64,000 nt of DNA from Scyliorhinus canicula. Lineage: Eukaryota. A program made the position numbers and the translations under genes. The notes beneath the pieces are model-generated. The model was given only the letters and a program-made list of their open reading frames with translations. It did no database searches and was not told the origin of the DNA. Shown one piece after another: positions 24,253 to 37,459 of the stretch; position 1 is the stretch's first letter; every line of letters starts with the position of its first letter. The stretch is taken from contig NC_052176.1 of the NCBI RefSeq assembly GCF_902713615.1, positions 11,670,243-11,734,242 on the forward strand, written 5' to 3'.

Positions 24253-26369
24253 CATGAAGGTGACATCACATACCTGAAAAGAGGAGGTGCAGATCATAAT
24301 CCACATTCGCTTACCAAAAACACACTTGTAATAAATTTAAAACGTGACAATTACTTTTCAGAAACCAAAAGACGCAGACAATTCATATACTTGTGACAGA
24401 AAAGTGCACAAATATTCAATTTTGTCACATCAGAATGGATAGGAGTAGAGAAAACTATGTCTTAATGAATCAGAAATTTAAAAAGATGGAATAGTTTACT
24501 TTAATGTTTTCAGGAACTCAAATGAGTAGATAAAACAAAATAAGATACTGAGCTATGAGAGATTGAGGTGAACATATTAACACATAGAGCCACACTGAAA
24601 ACTGTGATAGATGCACGATATAACACAATGTTCCAATTCACTGCAATATACAGAGTGAAAACAACACTCACATGGCAGCAGTGGACATTCTCAGTGAATA
24701 GCGGGACAGATATACCACATACTGGCAGCTTTATGAGTATAAACATGCTTCCATTCATCTATTTAAAGAAATAGAGATTAATATCTACCCTTTGCAGAAA
24801 CATAAGGTTGCAGCACAAACCCAGAATCTATGTATCAGAAACTCTGGGAAACAGAGTACAATAGACAGTGACATATACAGACTCGGCTGACTCATGGGAC
24901 GTTAGACCTAATACAATTGTAGTTAGAAGAACGACAATCAACTTTCTTAAAAGATATAGGTATCAGAGAGGATGTTGCTGTGAAAATCCTACTTTCCTAC
25001 ACAGTACCATCTGTGACAGGTCAAGAAGGGAAACAGTAATGACATACTGTACCGGAGACTGATACATACAGGATAAATCCGGCACAGAGATATTTGACAA
25101 AGAATGAAGACTGCTGATGAAATGTCAAACTCACACTCACTTTCCGTGGCATCCTCACAATGAGCTGTTGTTAGTGTATCGGATCACACCCCAACTTTTG
25201 TTAGGACACCGGACGACAAACTGCAAACATTTTTTTCAATTTGTAAAACTGTGAGGAAAGGAAATTTGTCCCCAGGAGTGATGACACTGACCAATATATT
25301 AAAACAAACTTTAATTTAAACACAGAATTAATCACATTAACATTAAAGCACCAGCTTTACAATTAACAGTCAATCCTATACTCTCGCAGATTGTCAGGTA
25401 AAGAATCAATTACATATTCACAAAGAAAAAAAACATATGATAGAGAGAGAGAGAAATACAGCACAGAACAGCCCCTTTGGCCCAAGATGTTGTGCCGAAC
25501 TTTTGTCCTAGTTTTATCATGGAAGTTTGGACACCAAGGGCAATTTATCATGGCCAATCCACCCAACCTGCGCATCTTTGGACTGATATTGACAGTTATG
25601 TGAGAAATTTCACTCCAGTGCACCTGAGGAAACAAGAATTTGCAGTATGAGTCACATGGTTGCATTGCTTTCAGAGACAGTCTTACAAAGAATCATATCC
25701 ATATCGAGATTCCAGAAAATGACAGATCCAGACAGGAATGTAGGGGATTATGGATTAGTGCAAAACGCACATTCTGAATCAGAAAATGCGTGAATCGAAA
25801 ACAAAAACCAGAACAATTCATTTGCAGCGAATAATAGATGCAGAATGACTTGGATACTGACATTGTGGCCCAGTGGTGAACCGATACTGGATAAACATAT
25901 TTCATATACAGACCACTATTGGTTTTAGTATATATGTTTGAATGTGGGCATTATCAAAAAGTACCTTCCAATAGCTGTGTTTAAGGTGGCTGTGGACTGC
26001 CTTCTTTCACCCTCGTAGCCTGTCTGCCGAAGCTAGATCGATAGAACAAGGGCACAACAAAGAACACACCAACAATAAACATGCAAACACACAAAAACCC
26101 CACAGTTGCATCCCAATAACTGATAGGGTAAATAAAACAAACATTCAAAAACAGATGCAGATACTGAGTTATCACAACATCCACATTCCGTGACTGAAAT
26201 ATTCAGAGTAAATTCCACATCCAATTAGCAGAGTAAAGAACAGGCATCAAGTAAACCTCCATTGTGTTGCAGTAACTGACACATGCAGCACAGAACCAAC
26301 ATTCTGACATTGGGAACAGACAAGTGAAGATTAAAACGCATTGTTACATAAAGGAAACTGACAGAGACT

Positions 26370-26709
26370 TAGAATTTACAGTGCCGAAGGAGGCTATTCG
26401 GCCCATCGAGTCTGCACCGGCTCCTGGAAAGAGCCAAGGTCCACACCTCCACCCTATCCCCATAACCCAGTAACCCCACCCAACATTAAGGGCAATTTTG
26501 GACACTAAGGACAATTTAGCATGGCCAATCCCCCTAACCTGCACGTCTTTGGACTGTGGGAGGAAACCGGAGCACCCGGAGGAAACCCACACACACGCAC
26601 GGGGAGGATGTGCAGACTCCGCACAGACAGTGACCCAAGCCGGGAATCGAACCTGAAACCCGGGAGCTGTGAAGCGATTGTGCTCTCCACAATGCTACCG
26701 TGCTGCCCT
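26370..26709 (-). mobile_element. HE1-type SINE
   Basis: Reverse complement closely matches 19606-19945. Confidence 0.9.
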
Positions 26710-27167
26710 TAATACACATTCACTTCCCGTATTTAACAGGTACAGGAGAAAAACGACTTTCCATCCATGGCAGAACTAACCTGTGGAGAGAAAATAGACA
26801 ATGAGACAGCTGTACAGCAGAAAATACTGATTCACAAACTGGAAACTGTCAGCTCAATAGTAAATGAGCAAAACAAACTCATATGAAACTGTAATGGGTT
26901 TGCAGTGATCCCATTCACTGTCCAAAAATTACAGAAAAAGTGTAAGGTGTTTCCTTCTACATTGAAAATACAGGTAAACCCAAATTCACACATAATAAAT
27001 TGACAAATTCAAAGTGCAGCCAGCATTTACTACGGTACGAATATGACAAAAATAGAATAAGATAGTCACCAAATAATGGCACTCAAAATAAAATTGACAT
27101 GAAGCTAGTAGAAATGGAATACTAGATTAATATCTCCAATCACAGATTAGAAAGTCGGTTCACCCCG

Positions 27168-27385
27168 ACACTCACACACTGAATCAGAGAGTGAGTAAAT
27201 CCCACACTCACACTGCATCAGAGAGTGAGTAAATCCCACACTCTCACACTGTATCAGAGAGTGAGTAAATCCCACACTCACACACTGTATCAGAGAGTGA
27301 GTAAATCCCACACTCACACACTGCATCAGAGAGTGAGTAAATCCCACACTCTCACACAGTATCAGAGTGAGTAACTCACACACTG
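27168..27385. repeat. ~37-bp tandem repeat (5-6 units) upstream of H2B
   Basis: cacactgtatcagagagtgagtaaatcccacact. Confidence 0.9.
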
Positions 27386-27444
27386 ACAAACTTGGACTGG
27401 AGACATTCTTTCTGAAATGCATTTGCTGTTTGTCGTAAGGAGGT

Positions 27445-27602
27445 TACTGATTGGTGGAAAATCCTAAATCTGATTGGTCTGTTCAGATATCCAATAAAAT
27501 AAACAGAACATAACTGGCTGTTCTCATTTTCACATTGTCCAATCACAATCATTCCTTTCCCCATTCCTCATTAGCATAGATGTGAGGCTCTGTCTATTTA
27601 AT
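27445..27602 (+). promoter_or_regulatory. H2B promoter: four CCAAT boxes, octamer variant ATTAGCAT, TATA-like tatttaa
   Basis: gattgg x2, ccaat x2, ctcattagcatag at ~27567, ctatttaatc at ~27594. Confidence 0.7.
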
Positions 27603-27646
27603 CAGCGCTCGGAAGGGGTTTGCTTTATTTCTGGGTGAAACTGAAG

Positions 27647-28033
27647 ATGGCTGACGAGAAGAAACCAACATCGAAACCAGCTGCCAAGAAGGGAGCCAAG
27701 AAAGTCATTAAGAAACCGGCAGTAAAGGGCGGCAAGAAGCGGCGAAGGTCGAGGAAGGAGAGTTACTCCATCTACATCTACAAAGTGATGAAGCAGGTTC
27801 ACCCCGACACCGGCATCTCCTCCAAGGCCATGAGCATCATGAACTCGTTCGTCAGCGATATTTTCGAGCGTATCGCGGGTGAGGCTTCCCGCCTGGCCCA
27901 TTACAACAAGCGCCACACCATCAGCTCCCGGGAGATCCAGACCGCCGTGCGCCTGCTGCTGCCCGGGGAACTGGCCAAGCACGCCGTGTCGGAAGGGACA
28001 AAGGCGGTCACCAAGTACACCAGCTCCAAGTAA
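27647..28033 (+). CDS. H2B: Histone H2B with divergent N-tail, 128 aa
   Basis: [15 protein letters not shown]...[27 protein letters not shown]...AVTKYTSSK. Confidence 0.98.
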   Translation: MADEKKPTSKPAAKKGAKKVIKKPAVKGGKKRRRSRKESYSIYIYKVMKQVHPDTGISSKAMSIMNSFVSDIFERIAGEASRLAHYNKRHTISSREIQTAVRLLLPGELAKHAVSEGTKAVTKYTSSK

Positions 28034-28070
28034 AACTGCACAATGGACTGAAAACCACCCCAAACACAAC

Positions 28071-28086
28071 GGCTCTTTTAAGAGCC
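28071..28086 (+). terminator. Histone 3' stem-loop of H2B
   Basis: GGCTCTTTTAAGAGCC-ACCCA. Confidence 0.95.
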
Positions 28087-29075
28087 ACCCACAACTTCTG
28101 TAAAGCAGCCAAACCATCATACTTTAAATTATCGGTTTATTTCTATTATGAATATCCAGATCCGTTTTAATAGTGTTTCACTACAACAACATCCTGTATA
28201 ATGCCGAGTTATCGTCATGTCGATCATTGTACGTTGTTTATAAAATCCCATCATTTAGTGATGCTCGGTGACCGCTTCATACTCGGCTGCTGTCGCTGGA
28301 TTTGGAGAGAGAATAGAACTCAATACCTCCCGTAGCATTTGTGTTCAGCCTTACAAATTACTCCCTTTCCATTTATGTTCATGTTCACACTCAATGATCG
28401 AGAGCACCCCGGTGGTGTGGGTAAACTCCATTTCAATACTGACACTAGCTCCAAACTGCTCACTCCACTTTTAACACTGAGGAAGCGGCAGCAGTCTACA
28501 ATATGAATAAATGTTATCATGTTTGCAGATGGCTGTGAATTAGACACTGACGGCGGCTGAGAGCATTTTAAACAACAGCCAGATTAAACCTGTGGAGTCA
28601 GTTCCCCTTCTACAGATCCTAAACGTTTCTCTCCACAGATGATACCAGACACGCTGAGTTGATCCAGCATTTTCTCTTTAATTCACATTTGCAGCCTCCG
28701 CGTTATTTTGGTTTAATTTATTTTGGGTTTGTTGTCAGTTACAGAGACAAAATCAGAAACTAACAGATAATGGGAAACTAGACGCGGGAAAGAGAGAGAA
28801 TCCAACAATCTTATACTCAAATGATTTAGTCACATTTTTTATTCAATTTTATCTGTTTTATATTTTCGCGCCCATTTAAGATTTGAAATAAATATTCGGT
28901 TGGAATCTGAACATTTGGCGCCCAAACTTTCCGCCCTCAGCACCGTGGATTCTCCTGATTGGTGCTTCAAACAGATATCTGATTGGTCACTTTGTAGCCG
29001 GCTCCACAATGTTGTTGAGATAACCAATCAGCAATGTGTGCACCGCCATTCCTCCTGAAGCTATAAGAGAAGTGA

Positions 29076-29513
<438 letters not shown>

Positions 29514-29543
29514 AGCGACCATTCTTTAATCTAATAACCCAAA

Positions 29544-29559
29544 GGCTCTTTTCAGAGCC
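29544..29559 (+). terminator. Histone 3' stem-loop of H2A copy 2
   Basis: GGCTCTTTTCAGAGCC. Confidence 0.95.
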
Positions 29560-29974
29560 ACTCACTTTATCTGAATAAGGGTGACCTGTTCTGGATCCGC
29601 TTAGTGCCGTGTTTGTGAGAATTTCCCTGAGGCTTCAGGCTGGAATGAGAGCTTTCCCCGGTGTTGGTATTTACCGGAGGGCGGCAGTTTCTAGCGGGCT
29701 GGCTTTCTGAAACTGACCGTTTATGTGCAATGGGTCTGCGGGGTTTCAGAATTCATTCCCGCTCTCATTACAATGTCAGTGCTCACTGTGCGGTTACAGG
29801 GCTGACTGCGGAGAAAGGTTTTGTGTTTCACTCTGCAGCACGTTCATATCGCCGTGAACAGAGAAATATTTGTCTATTATAACGCGACACTTTGCCTCCC
29901 CAATCGCGAAACCAGCTCCATGGGTTATTCTGCTGCCATTCTAAGGTCAGTGCTCTCAATGTGAGGATTTGGGC

Positions 29975-29990
29975 GGCTCTTAAAAGAGCC
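29975..29990 (-). terminator. Histone 3' stem-loop of H4 copy 2
   Basis: Minus strand GGCTCTTTTAAGAGCC. Confidence 0.95.
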
Positions 29991-30024
29991 TTTGGTTTAT
30001 GTTATAATTGTCAAATGGAGTTTC

Positions 30025-30345
<321 letters not shown>

Positions 30346-30578
30346 TCAGTCAAATCGCTGCTGAATGAGAGACGAGCTGCTGCACTTTCCTTTATTATAC
30401 AGCCCGCCCCGACCTGACTGAGAAAGAGAGAGAGGCGGGGAGCAGACTGAGTGACAGACAGAGCAGTGAAATGTCTTTGACCATCCAGCTCCTCCTCCTG
30501 CCTGCTCCAACCCACATTTTATATTCCAAACAGAAGTGAACAGAGCGCGCTGAACAACACGGACAATCTGCAACATGA

Positions 30579-30850
30579 TGGGCTGCACAGTGGTCAGCAC
30601 TGCTGCCTCACAGCGCCAGGGACCCGGGTTCACTCTGACCTTCTGACATTCTGTGTCTCTGTGGGTTTCCTCACACAGTAAAGATTCGCAGGTTAGGTGG
30701 ATTGGCTGTGCTAAATTAACCCTTTGTGTCTAAGGGTGTGGATGTTGGATGGAGTTGCGAGGGAGTGGGCCTGGGTAGGCTTGCTCTTTCAGAGAGTCGC
30801 TGTGGACTCGATGGACTGAATGGCCTCCTTCTGCACTGTAGTAATTATAT
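30579..30850 (+). mobile_element. HE1-type SINE (degenerate)
   Basis: gcacagtggtcagcactgctgcctcacagcgccagggacccgggttc head and CR1-like tail. Confidence 0.8.
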
Positions 30851-31559
30851 GGGAAGGATCTCGGTGTTGCTGGACGTGGTGCAGGTCTGGCCCATTCCCC
30901 AGTCCTGCGCGCAGCAGTCACCCGAGCCATCATCAAGTTCATCTGGAGATCACAGGGACCCATATACAAAATATACAAACAGAAGGGACAGCATATACAG
31001 ATCTCTGGATAAGGGAGGGAGAAACATACCCAAGGCCGTCCTCACCTTGCTGTCCACCTGTGTGTGTGGCTACATCAAGCTGTGCGTGGGCCCCCAGTAC
31101 ACAAACACCAAGTGTCACTACGTACTGAGGTTCTATCTGTCCCGGGTGTTACAAAGGATGGATCTGGCTTCATTGCCGCTGGATGCTCTGGTCCTGGTAC
31201 CGTGTCGTAACACCTGGCCCTCAGGGAAACATTTGTTCAGGAAAACACCTTTGGACACAAGGCAATCATGCAGTGGTCTGCACGTAATGTCTTCGAGGCC
31301 CTTAGGGTAAAGGAGATGGTGGATCATGTCAGATGGTTCCCCTGAGCAGACTGTCAGAGGCATCTGGCAGATCATCTCATCACCAGAACTTTCAAACAAG
31401 CAGCAAGACCCAGCTTGGATGGTGGTGAGAAGGGCCCTCCCTGTCATATCCTTCATGCACACAAAGTCTCAACACCGTCTCACACTGCCCTCAAACTGGC
31501 TGCTCCATGTGGTTACTCACCTCCATGTGGAATGTGCCTTTCCAAAGAATGTCTGAAGA

Positions 31560-32472
31560 GAGAAAGTTCATGGATGACACCAAGGTTGGTGGAGTGGCAG
31601 ATAGTGTTGAGGATTGTCAGAGGATACAGCAGGACAAACATAGGTTGGAGACTTGGGCATAGAAATGGCAAATGTAGTTTAATCTGGACCAATGGGAGGG
31701 AATGCATTTTGGTCGGTTTAACATCGAGGGGAAATATATCGTAAATGGCAAAACTGAGGAATATAGAAAGTCGGAGAGTTCTGACTCGCAGGTCCACAGA
31801 TCCTTGAAGGTGGCAACAGAAGTGTACAAGGTAGTCAAGAAAACATACGGAATGCCTGCTTTCATTGGGCGGAGCATCAACTATAAAAACTGACAAGTCA
31901 TGCTACAGCTGTATAGAACCTTGTTAAGGACGCACTTGGAATATTGTGCACAATTCAGGTCGCCACACTACCAGAAGGATGTGGAGGCTTTGGAGAGGAT
32001 GCTGTGGAGATTTATCAGGCTGTTGTCTGGTCTGAAAAGTGTGAGCTATATGGAGAGGCTGAATAGACTCAGACTGTTTTCATTAGAAATGACAGAGTTT
32101 GAGGTGTGATCTGATAAAGGCTGACAACATTCTGAGGGGCATGGATGGAGTGAATGGGCAGGCAATCTTTCCCAGGGTGGAGGGGTCAGTCACCAGGGGG
32201 CATAGATTTAAGGTGCTCAGAGAAAAGCTTACAGAGGATGTGCGAGGCAGGTATTGTTACGCAGACAGTGGTGAGAGCAAGGACCGCGTTGCCAGGGGAG
32301 GTTGAAGAAGCAGATACATTACGGCGGTCAAAAGTCATCTTGACAAACACATGGATAGGATGGGTATAGAGGGATACGGCACAAGGAAGTGCTGAGGGTT
32401 TTGGCAAAGGTTGGTATCATGACCTGTACAGGTTTGGAGGGCCGAAGTTACTGCTCCTGTGCTGTATTGTTA
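31560..32472 (+). mobile_element. CR1 LINE 3' fragment
   Basis: MLQLYRTLLRTHLEYCAQF motif and tail gccgaag...gtgctgtattgt. Confidence 0.85.
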
Positions 32473-33012
32473 TTTGTTTGAGAGATGCAGTGGTATTTGT
32501 CCAGGTTAATCCCGAGCAGGTCTGTGACACAGGACTCTGTGCTCTCCAGGCTATTCCCAGGGACACACGCTGACACTAACATCAACTGCAGCTGGAGGAT
32601 CATAAACTCTGTGTATAGACTCTCTTTGATCTGCCCGAAACCTGTTGAACTTCCAGGGTAAAGAATTGTCCTTGACTGATTGTTGCAGATGGGCACATTC
32701 CAAAGTCCAGGACTACGTGCTGAGGGACGCACTCAGGTTTGGGGTACCCAGCATCAAGGCTCAATGGGGAAAGGCCACTGTGTAAGTTCTTCCAGCAAAT
32801 GTACACCGAGGGGCTGGTAACCAGGTAACCCCCCCCCCCCCCCCCCCATTCTGTGTGATTAATAATAAAGAGGGGCTGGTAACTGTGTAAAACTTGTGTG
32901 TGTGTGATTAATACTAAAGAGGGGGCTGGTAACGATGATAAACCCCCCGGTCTGGGTGATTAACACTAAAGAGGGGATGGTAACTGTGTAAAAACCCCAA
33001 TCTGTGTGATTA

Positions 33013-33955
33013 GCGTACAACAGGTTTGTTTCAAACACGAGCATTCGGAGCACCGCTCCTTCCTCAGGTGAATGGAGAGGTATGAACGGGATATGGCGCT
33101 CGAATCATCGATCGACAGTTCCAAGGCGTCACAGCAAAAAACCGCACCGACCTACTCAGAAGACAACACTGGGATCACAACTGACAGAGTACCCTTCGTC
33201 GTCCAGTACTTTCCTGGGGCGGAGAAACAACGACATCTTCTTTGCAGCCTTCAACACATCATCAATGAAGATGAACATCTTGCCAGGGTCATCCCCACAC
33301 CCCCACTACTTGCCATGAAACAACCGCGCAACCTCAAACAAACCATTGCAGGAAAGGATGTCCCGAAGCGTGGTACATTGGCGAGACCATGCGGACACTG
33401 CGGCAAAGAATGAATGGGCATCGTGCGACAATCACCAGGCAGGAATGTTCCCTTCCAGTCGGGGAACACTTCAGCAGTCAAGGTCATTCAGCCTCTGATC
33501 TCCGGGTAAGCATTCCCCAAGGCGGTCTTCAGGACACGCGACTCGTAGAATTGCCGAGCAAAAACATATAGCTAAGTTCCGCACCCATGAGTGCGGCCTC
33601 AACCGGGATCTTGGATTCATGTTGCATTACACCCACCCCCCAACATCTGGCCTGGACTTGCAAAATCCTACCAGCTGTCCTGGCTTGAGACAATTCACTC
33701 CCCTTTAACCTGGGATCACCCCCTATTTCTGGATCTGTAATGATTCGATTACCTGCAAATGCTCACATTCCAAGCATTGTCCAGCATCTCTGACTTCGTC
33801 TATATAATGTTTCTGGAACATACCTCTCCTTTCACCTGAGGAAGGAGCAGTCGCTCCGAAAGCTCGTGTTTGAAACAAACATGTTGGACTTTAACCTGGT
33901 GTTGTAAGACTTCTTACTGTGCTCACCCCAGTCCAACGACGGCATCTCCACATCA
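33013..33955 (+). mobile_element. Penelope-like element fragment with GIY-YIG remnant and inverted pLTR piece
   Basis: RVPFVVQYFPG and WYIGETMRTLRQRMNGH; 33018-33084 is the inverted copy of 33819-33886; flanked by the direct repeat tgtgtgatta. Confidence 0.85.
33831..33874 (+). ncRNA. Minimal type I hammerhead ribozyme motif (Penelope-associated)
   Basis: cac-CTGAGGA-a-ggagc/agtc/gctcc-GAAA-gc-TC-gtg. Confidence 0.65.
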
Positions 33956-34029
33956 TGTGTGATTAACACTAAAGAGGGGCTAGTTAGGGTTAGTAACTGA
34001 GTAACTGGGCTGGTAATTGAGTAAAACAC

Positions 34030-34305
34030 TGAGGCACAGCGCCAGGGTCCCAGGTTCGATTCCCCGCTGGGTCACTGTCTGTGCAGAGTCTGCAGATTCT
34101 CCCCGTGTCTGCATGGGTTTTCTCCGGGTGCTCTGGTTTCCTCCCACAGTCCAAAGACGGGCAACGGACGGTGGAATTGGCCATGCTAAATTGCCCTCAG
34201 TGCTCAAAAAGGTTTGGGAGAGGTAATTGGGTTAAGGGGATAAGTTTGAAGTGAAGGCTAAAGTGTGTCGATGTAGACTTAGTAGGCTGAATGGCCTCCT
34301 TCCGC
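34030..34305 (+). mobile_element. HE1-type SINE (5'-truncated)
   Basis: cacagcgccagggtcccaggttcgattcc...cccacagtccaaaga. Confidence 0.8.
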
Positions 34306-34308
34306 GTG

Positions 34309-34491
34309 ATGAATGAAAATGTAAATTGCTTAATGTCACAAGTAGGCTTCAAATGAAGTCACTGTGAATAGCTCCATTCGCCAGATTCCAGCACCAGTTC
34401 GGGGAAGCTGGTACGGGAATTGAACCGTGCTGCTGGCCTGCCTTGGTCTGCTTCAAAAGCCAGCTCTTTAGCCCTGTGCTAAAGCAGCCCC
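34309..34491 (-). mobile_element. Short tRNA-derived SINE
   Basis: Same family as 2749-2923 and 18811-18998. Confidence 0.8.
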
Positions 34492-34534
34492 TGCTGAACA
34501 CTAAAGAGGGGCTGGTAACTTTGTCCCCGCCCCG

Positions 34535-34978
34535 AGGAGGTTCCCAAGAATGATCCCTGGAATGAAGAACTTGTATGAAGAACGTTTGGGAACTCTGGGT
34601 CTATATTCGTTGGAGTTTAGAAGGACGAGGGGGGATCTTCTTGAAACTTACAGGATGCTGCGAGGCCTGGATAGAGTGGACATGGAGAGGATGTTTCCAC
34701 TTGTAGGAAAAACTAGAACCAGAGGACACCATCTCAGACTATCAATTTAAAACAGAGATGAGGAGGAATCTCTTCAGCCAGAGGGTGGTGAATCTGTGGA
34801 GGCCAAATCACTGAGTGTCTTTAAGACCAAGATAGATAGGTTCTTGATTAATAAGGGGCTCAGGGGTAATGGGTAGAAGGCTGGAGAATGGGAATGAGAA
34901 AATATCAGCCATGATTGAATGGTGGAGCAGACTCGATGGGCCGTGTGGCCCAATTCAGCTCCTGTGCCTTATGGTCTT
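34535..34978 (+). mobile_element. CR1 LINE 3' fragment
   Basis: YEERLGTLGLYSLEFRRTRGDL motif and tail gactcgatgggccg...cttatggtct. Confidence 0.85.
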
Positions 34979-35474
34979 TGTGATTAACACTAAAGAGGGG
35001 CTGCAAACTTTGTAAACAAACCCGGTCTGTGTGAGTAACACGAAAGAGTGGCTGCTAACTGTAAAACCCTCAGATCTGTGTGGTTGAGATTAAAGAGCGG
35101 CTGGTAACCTGAGTAAAACCTTCCGGTCTGTGTGATTCACACTAAAGAGCGGCTGGTAACCATGTAAACCCCCTCGGTCTGTGTGATTAACACTGAATGT
35201 TTAAAATTATTGAAGCTTCACAGGGTGGAACATGACCAATGTAAATATTTTGAGAAGAATTGTAATGTGAATATTGAAATGTGTGTAATGTCCTCATTAT
35301 CCAATTAAAGAAATTCAATTAAATCTGGACCTCTGGAGAAAATGTAAATATTATTGTACGATACGATATTATTGTGATGACAATTTGAAATGTTTGACAA
35401 TGTTTGTTTCAAGGGATTTTATAAATGAAGTATATTTTTGAAAATAAATTGTTTGCTTCTCTGAAAATTGTCGC

Positions 35475-35638
35475 CAGTCGGTGAAATGGTGGTTCGCAGA
35501 AAGTGTGAGTTTGAGGGGCTGAATGGCAGTGTAATAACAAACAAGCTGCAGGCAATGGCTGCAAATTGAATATCTCATTGGGACAAACACACAGCTACAA
35601 AGGTGATTGGTTGAGCCCTGGGGCGCAGGGCCACTTGC
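35475..35638 (+). repeat. Element E copy 3 (truncated by gap)
   Basis: Matches 11325-11489. Confidence 0.9.
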
Positions 35639-36138
35639 NNNNNNNNNNNNNNNNNNNNNNNNNNNNNNNNNNNNNNNNNNNNNNNNNNNNNNNNNNNNNN
35701 NNNNNNNNNNNNNNNNNNNNNNNNNNNNNNNNNNNNNNNNNNNNNNNNNNNNNNNNNNNNNNNNNNNNNNNNNNNNNNNNNNNNNNNNNNNNNNNNNNNN
35801 NNNNNNNNNNNNNNNNNNNNNNNNNNNNNNNNNNNNNNNNNNNNNNNNNNNNNNNNNNNNNNNNNNNNNNNNNNNNNNNNNNNNNNNNNNNNNNNNNNNN
35901 NNNNNNNNNNNNNNNNNNNNNNNNNNNNNNNNNNNNNNNNNNNNNNNNNNNNNNNNNNNNNNNNNNNNNNNNNNNNNNNNNNNNNNNNNNNNNNNNNNNN
36001 NNNNNNNNNNNNNNNNNNNNNNNNNNNNNNNNNNNNNNNNNNNNNNNNNNNNNNNNNNNNNNNNNNNNNNNNNNNNNNNNNNNNNNNNNNNNNNNNNNNN
36101 NNNNNNNNNNNNNNNNNNNNNNNNNNNNNNNNNNNNNN
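35639..36138. other. Assembly gap (500 N)
   Basis: Run of n. Confidence 1.
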
Positions 36139-36738
36139 GAGGAAACACTTTTTTGAAATGTGGAACTCACTGTCTGAAAGGATTGCAGAGGCAGGAACCC
36201 GCACTACACTTAACAATTGTTTAAATGAGTACTTGAAATGCCAGAACATATAAGATTAGGGGCCAAGAGCTGGAAACTGGGCTAAGAATCGATATTTTCT
36301 TGATGGCATGCACAAACAGGATCAGCTGTAGGGTCTCCTTCCGTGCTGTCAATACTCTGTCACCCTATAATCGGGCAGGTAGGGACACAGAATTGGGAAC
36401 AGAAACAAAAGCAAAATGAGAGGAATAACCTTTTGATGCCGGAGGTGGTTAAAGTCTGGAATACACTGCCTGAGTGTGTGGTGGGGAATGGTTCAATCGA
36501 AACGTTCAAAGTTGGAATAAATTGTTATCTGAAAAGGAAGAATGTGCAAGATGACGGCACTGGGGAAGCTGCCCATTTGGAGAGACAGTACAGACAGGAC
36601 GGGTCGAATGGCCTCCTGCCCTGCCCTGATATTAAAGCTGTGACGAGCAGTAAATATGATTGTCTATCTGAAAGAACCAAACAGAGAAATAAAGAAGTGA
36701 CATCATTGCGAATAAGTCAATCAGGAAAATTGCCTGCA

Positions 36739-36779
36739 CCAATCCCTATTTGCATCGGGCTGTGGTTTGCTATCAAAAA
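36739..36779 (+). promoter_or_regulatory. H2B-type promoter: CCAAT, perfect octamer, degenerate TATA
   Basis: ccaat 36739-36743, ATTTGCAT 36748-36755, tatcaaaa. Confidence 0.7.
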
Positions 36780-36832
36780 CTCGAGTTGCTGGGTCAGGCT
36801 CAGTTACTGGGTTTGTGAAATTGAAGCTTACG

Positions 36833-37210
<378 letters not shown>

Positions 37211-37240
37211 AACTGTTCTCAAACTCAGCAAAAACTCAAC

Positions 37241-37256
37241 GGCTCTTTTAAGAGCC
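37241..37256 (+). terminator. Histone 3' stem-loop of the H2B pseudogene
   Basis: GGCTCTTTTAAGAGCC-ACCCA. Confidence 0.95.
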
Positions 37257-37359
37257 ACCCACAACTTCTCGGAAACAGCCAAACCATCATATTTTAAATT
37301 ATTATTTGTTTATTTCTATTATGAATAGCCAGATATCTTTTCATAGCGTTTCACGAGAA

Positions 37360-37459
37360 NNNNNNNNNNNNNNNNNNNNNNNNNNNNNNNNNNNNNNNNN
37401 NNNNNNNNNNNNNNNNNNNNNNNNNNNNNNNNNNNNNNNNNNNNNNNNNNNNNNNNNNN
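37360..37459. other. Assembly gap (100 N)
   Basis: Run of n. Confidence 1.

Larger units (their letters stand above)
30855..35448 (+). mobile_element. 3' part of a Tx1-like LINE (ORF2 end and repetitive 3'UTR) with nested insertions
   Basis: ORF2-end-like translation (QQDPAWMVVRRALPV; HLHVECAF), resumes at ~32480 after a CR1 piece; ~50-bp UTR repeats taacactaaagaggggctggtaac; A-rich end gaaaataaa. Confidence 0.55.

Noticed and set aside
35369-36249. ORFs containing long X runs
   Set aside because: Artefacts of the N gaps
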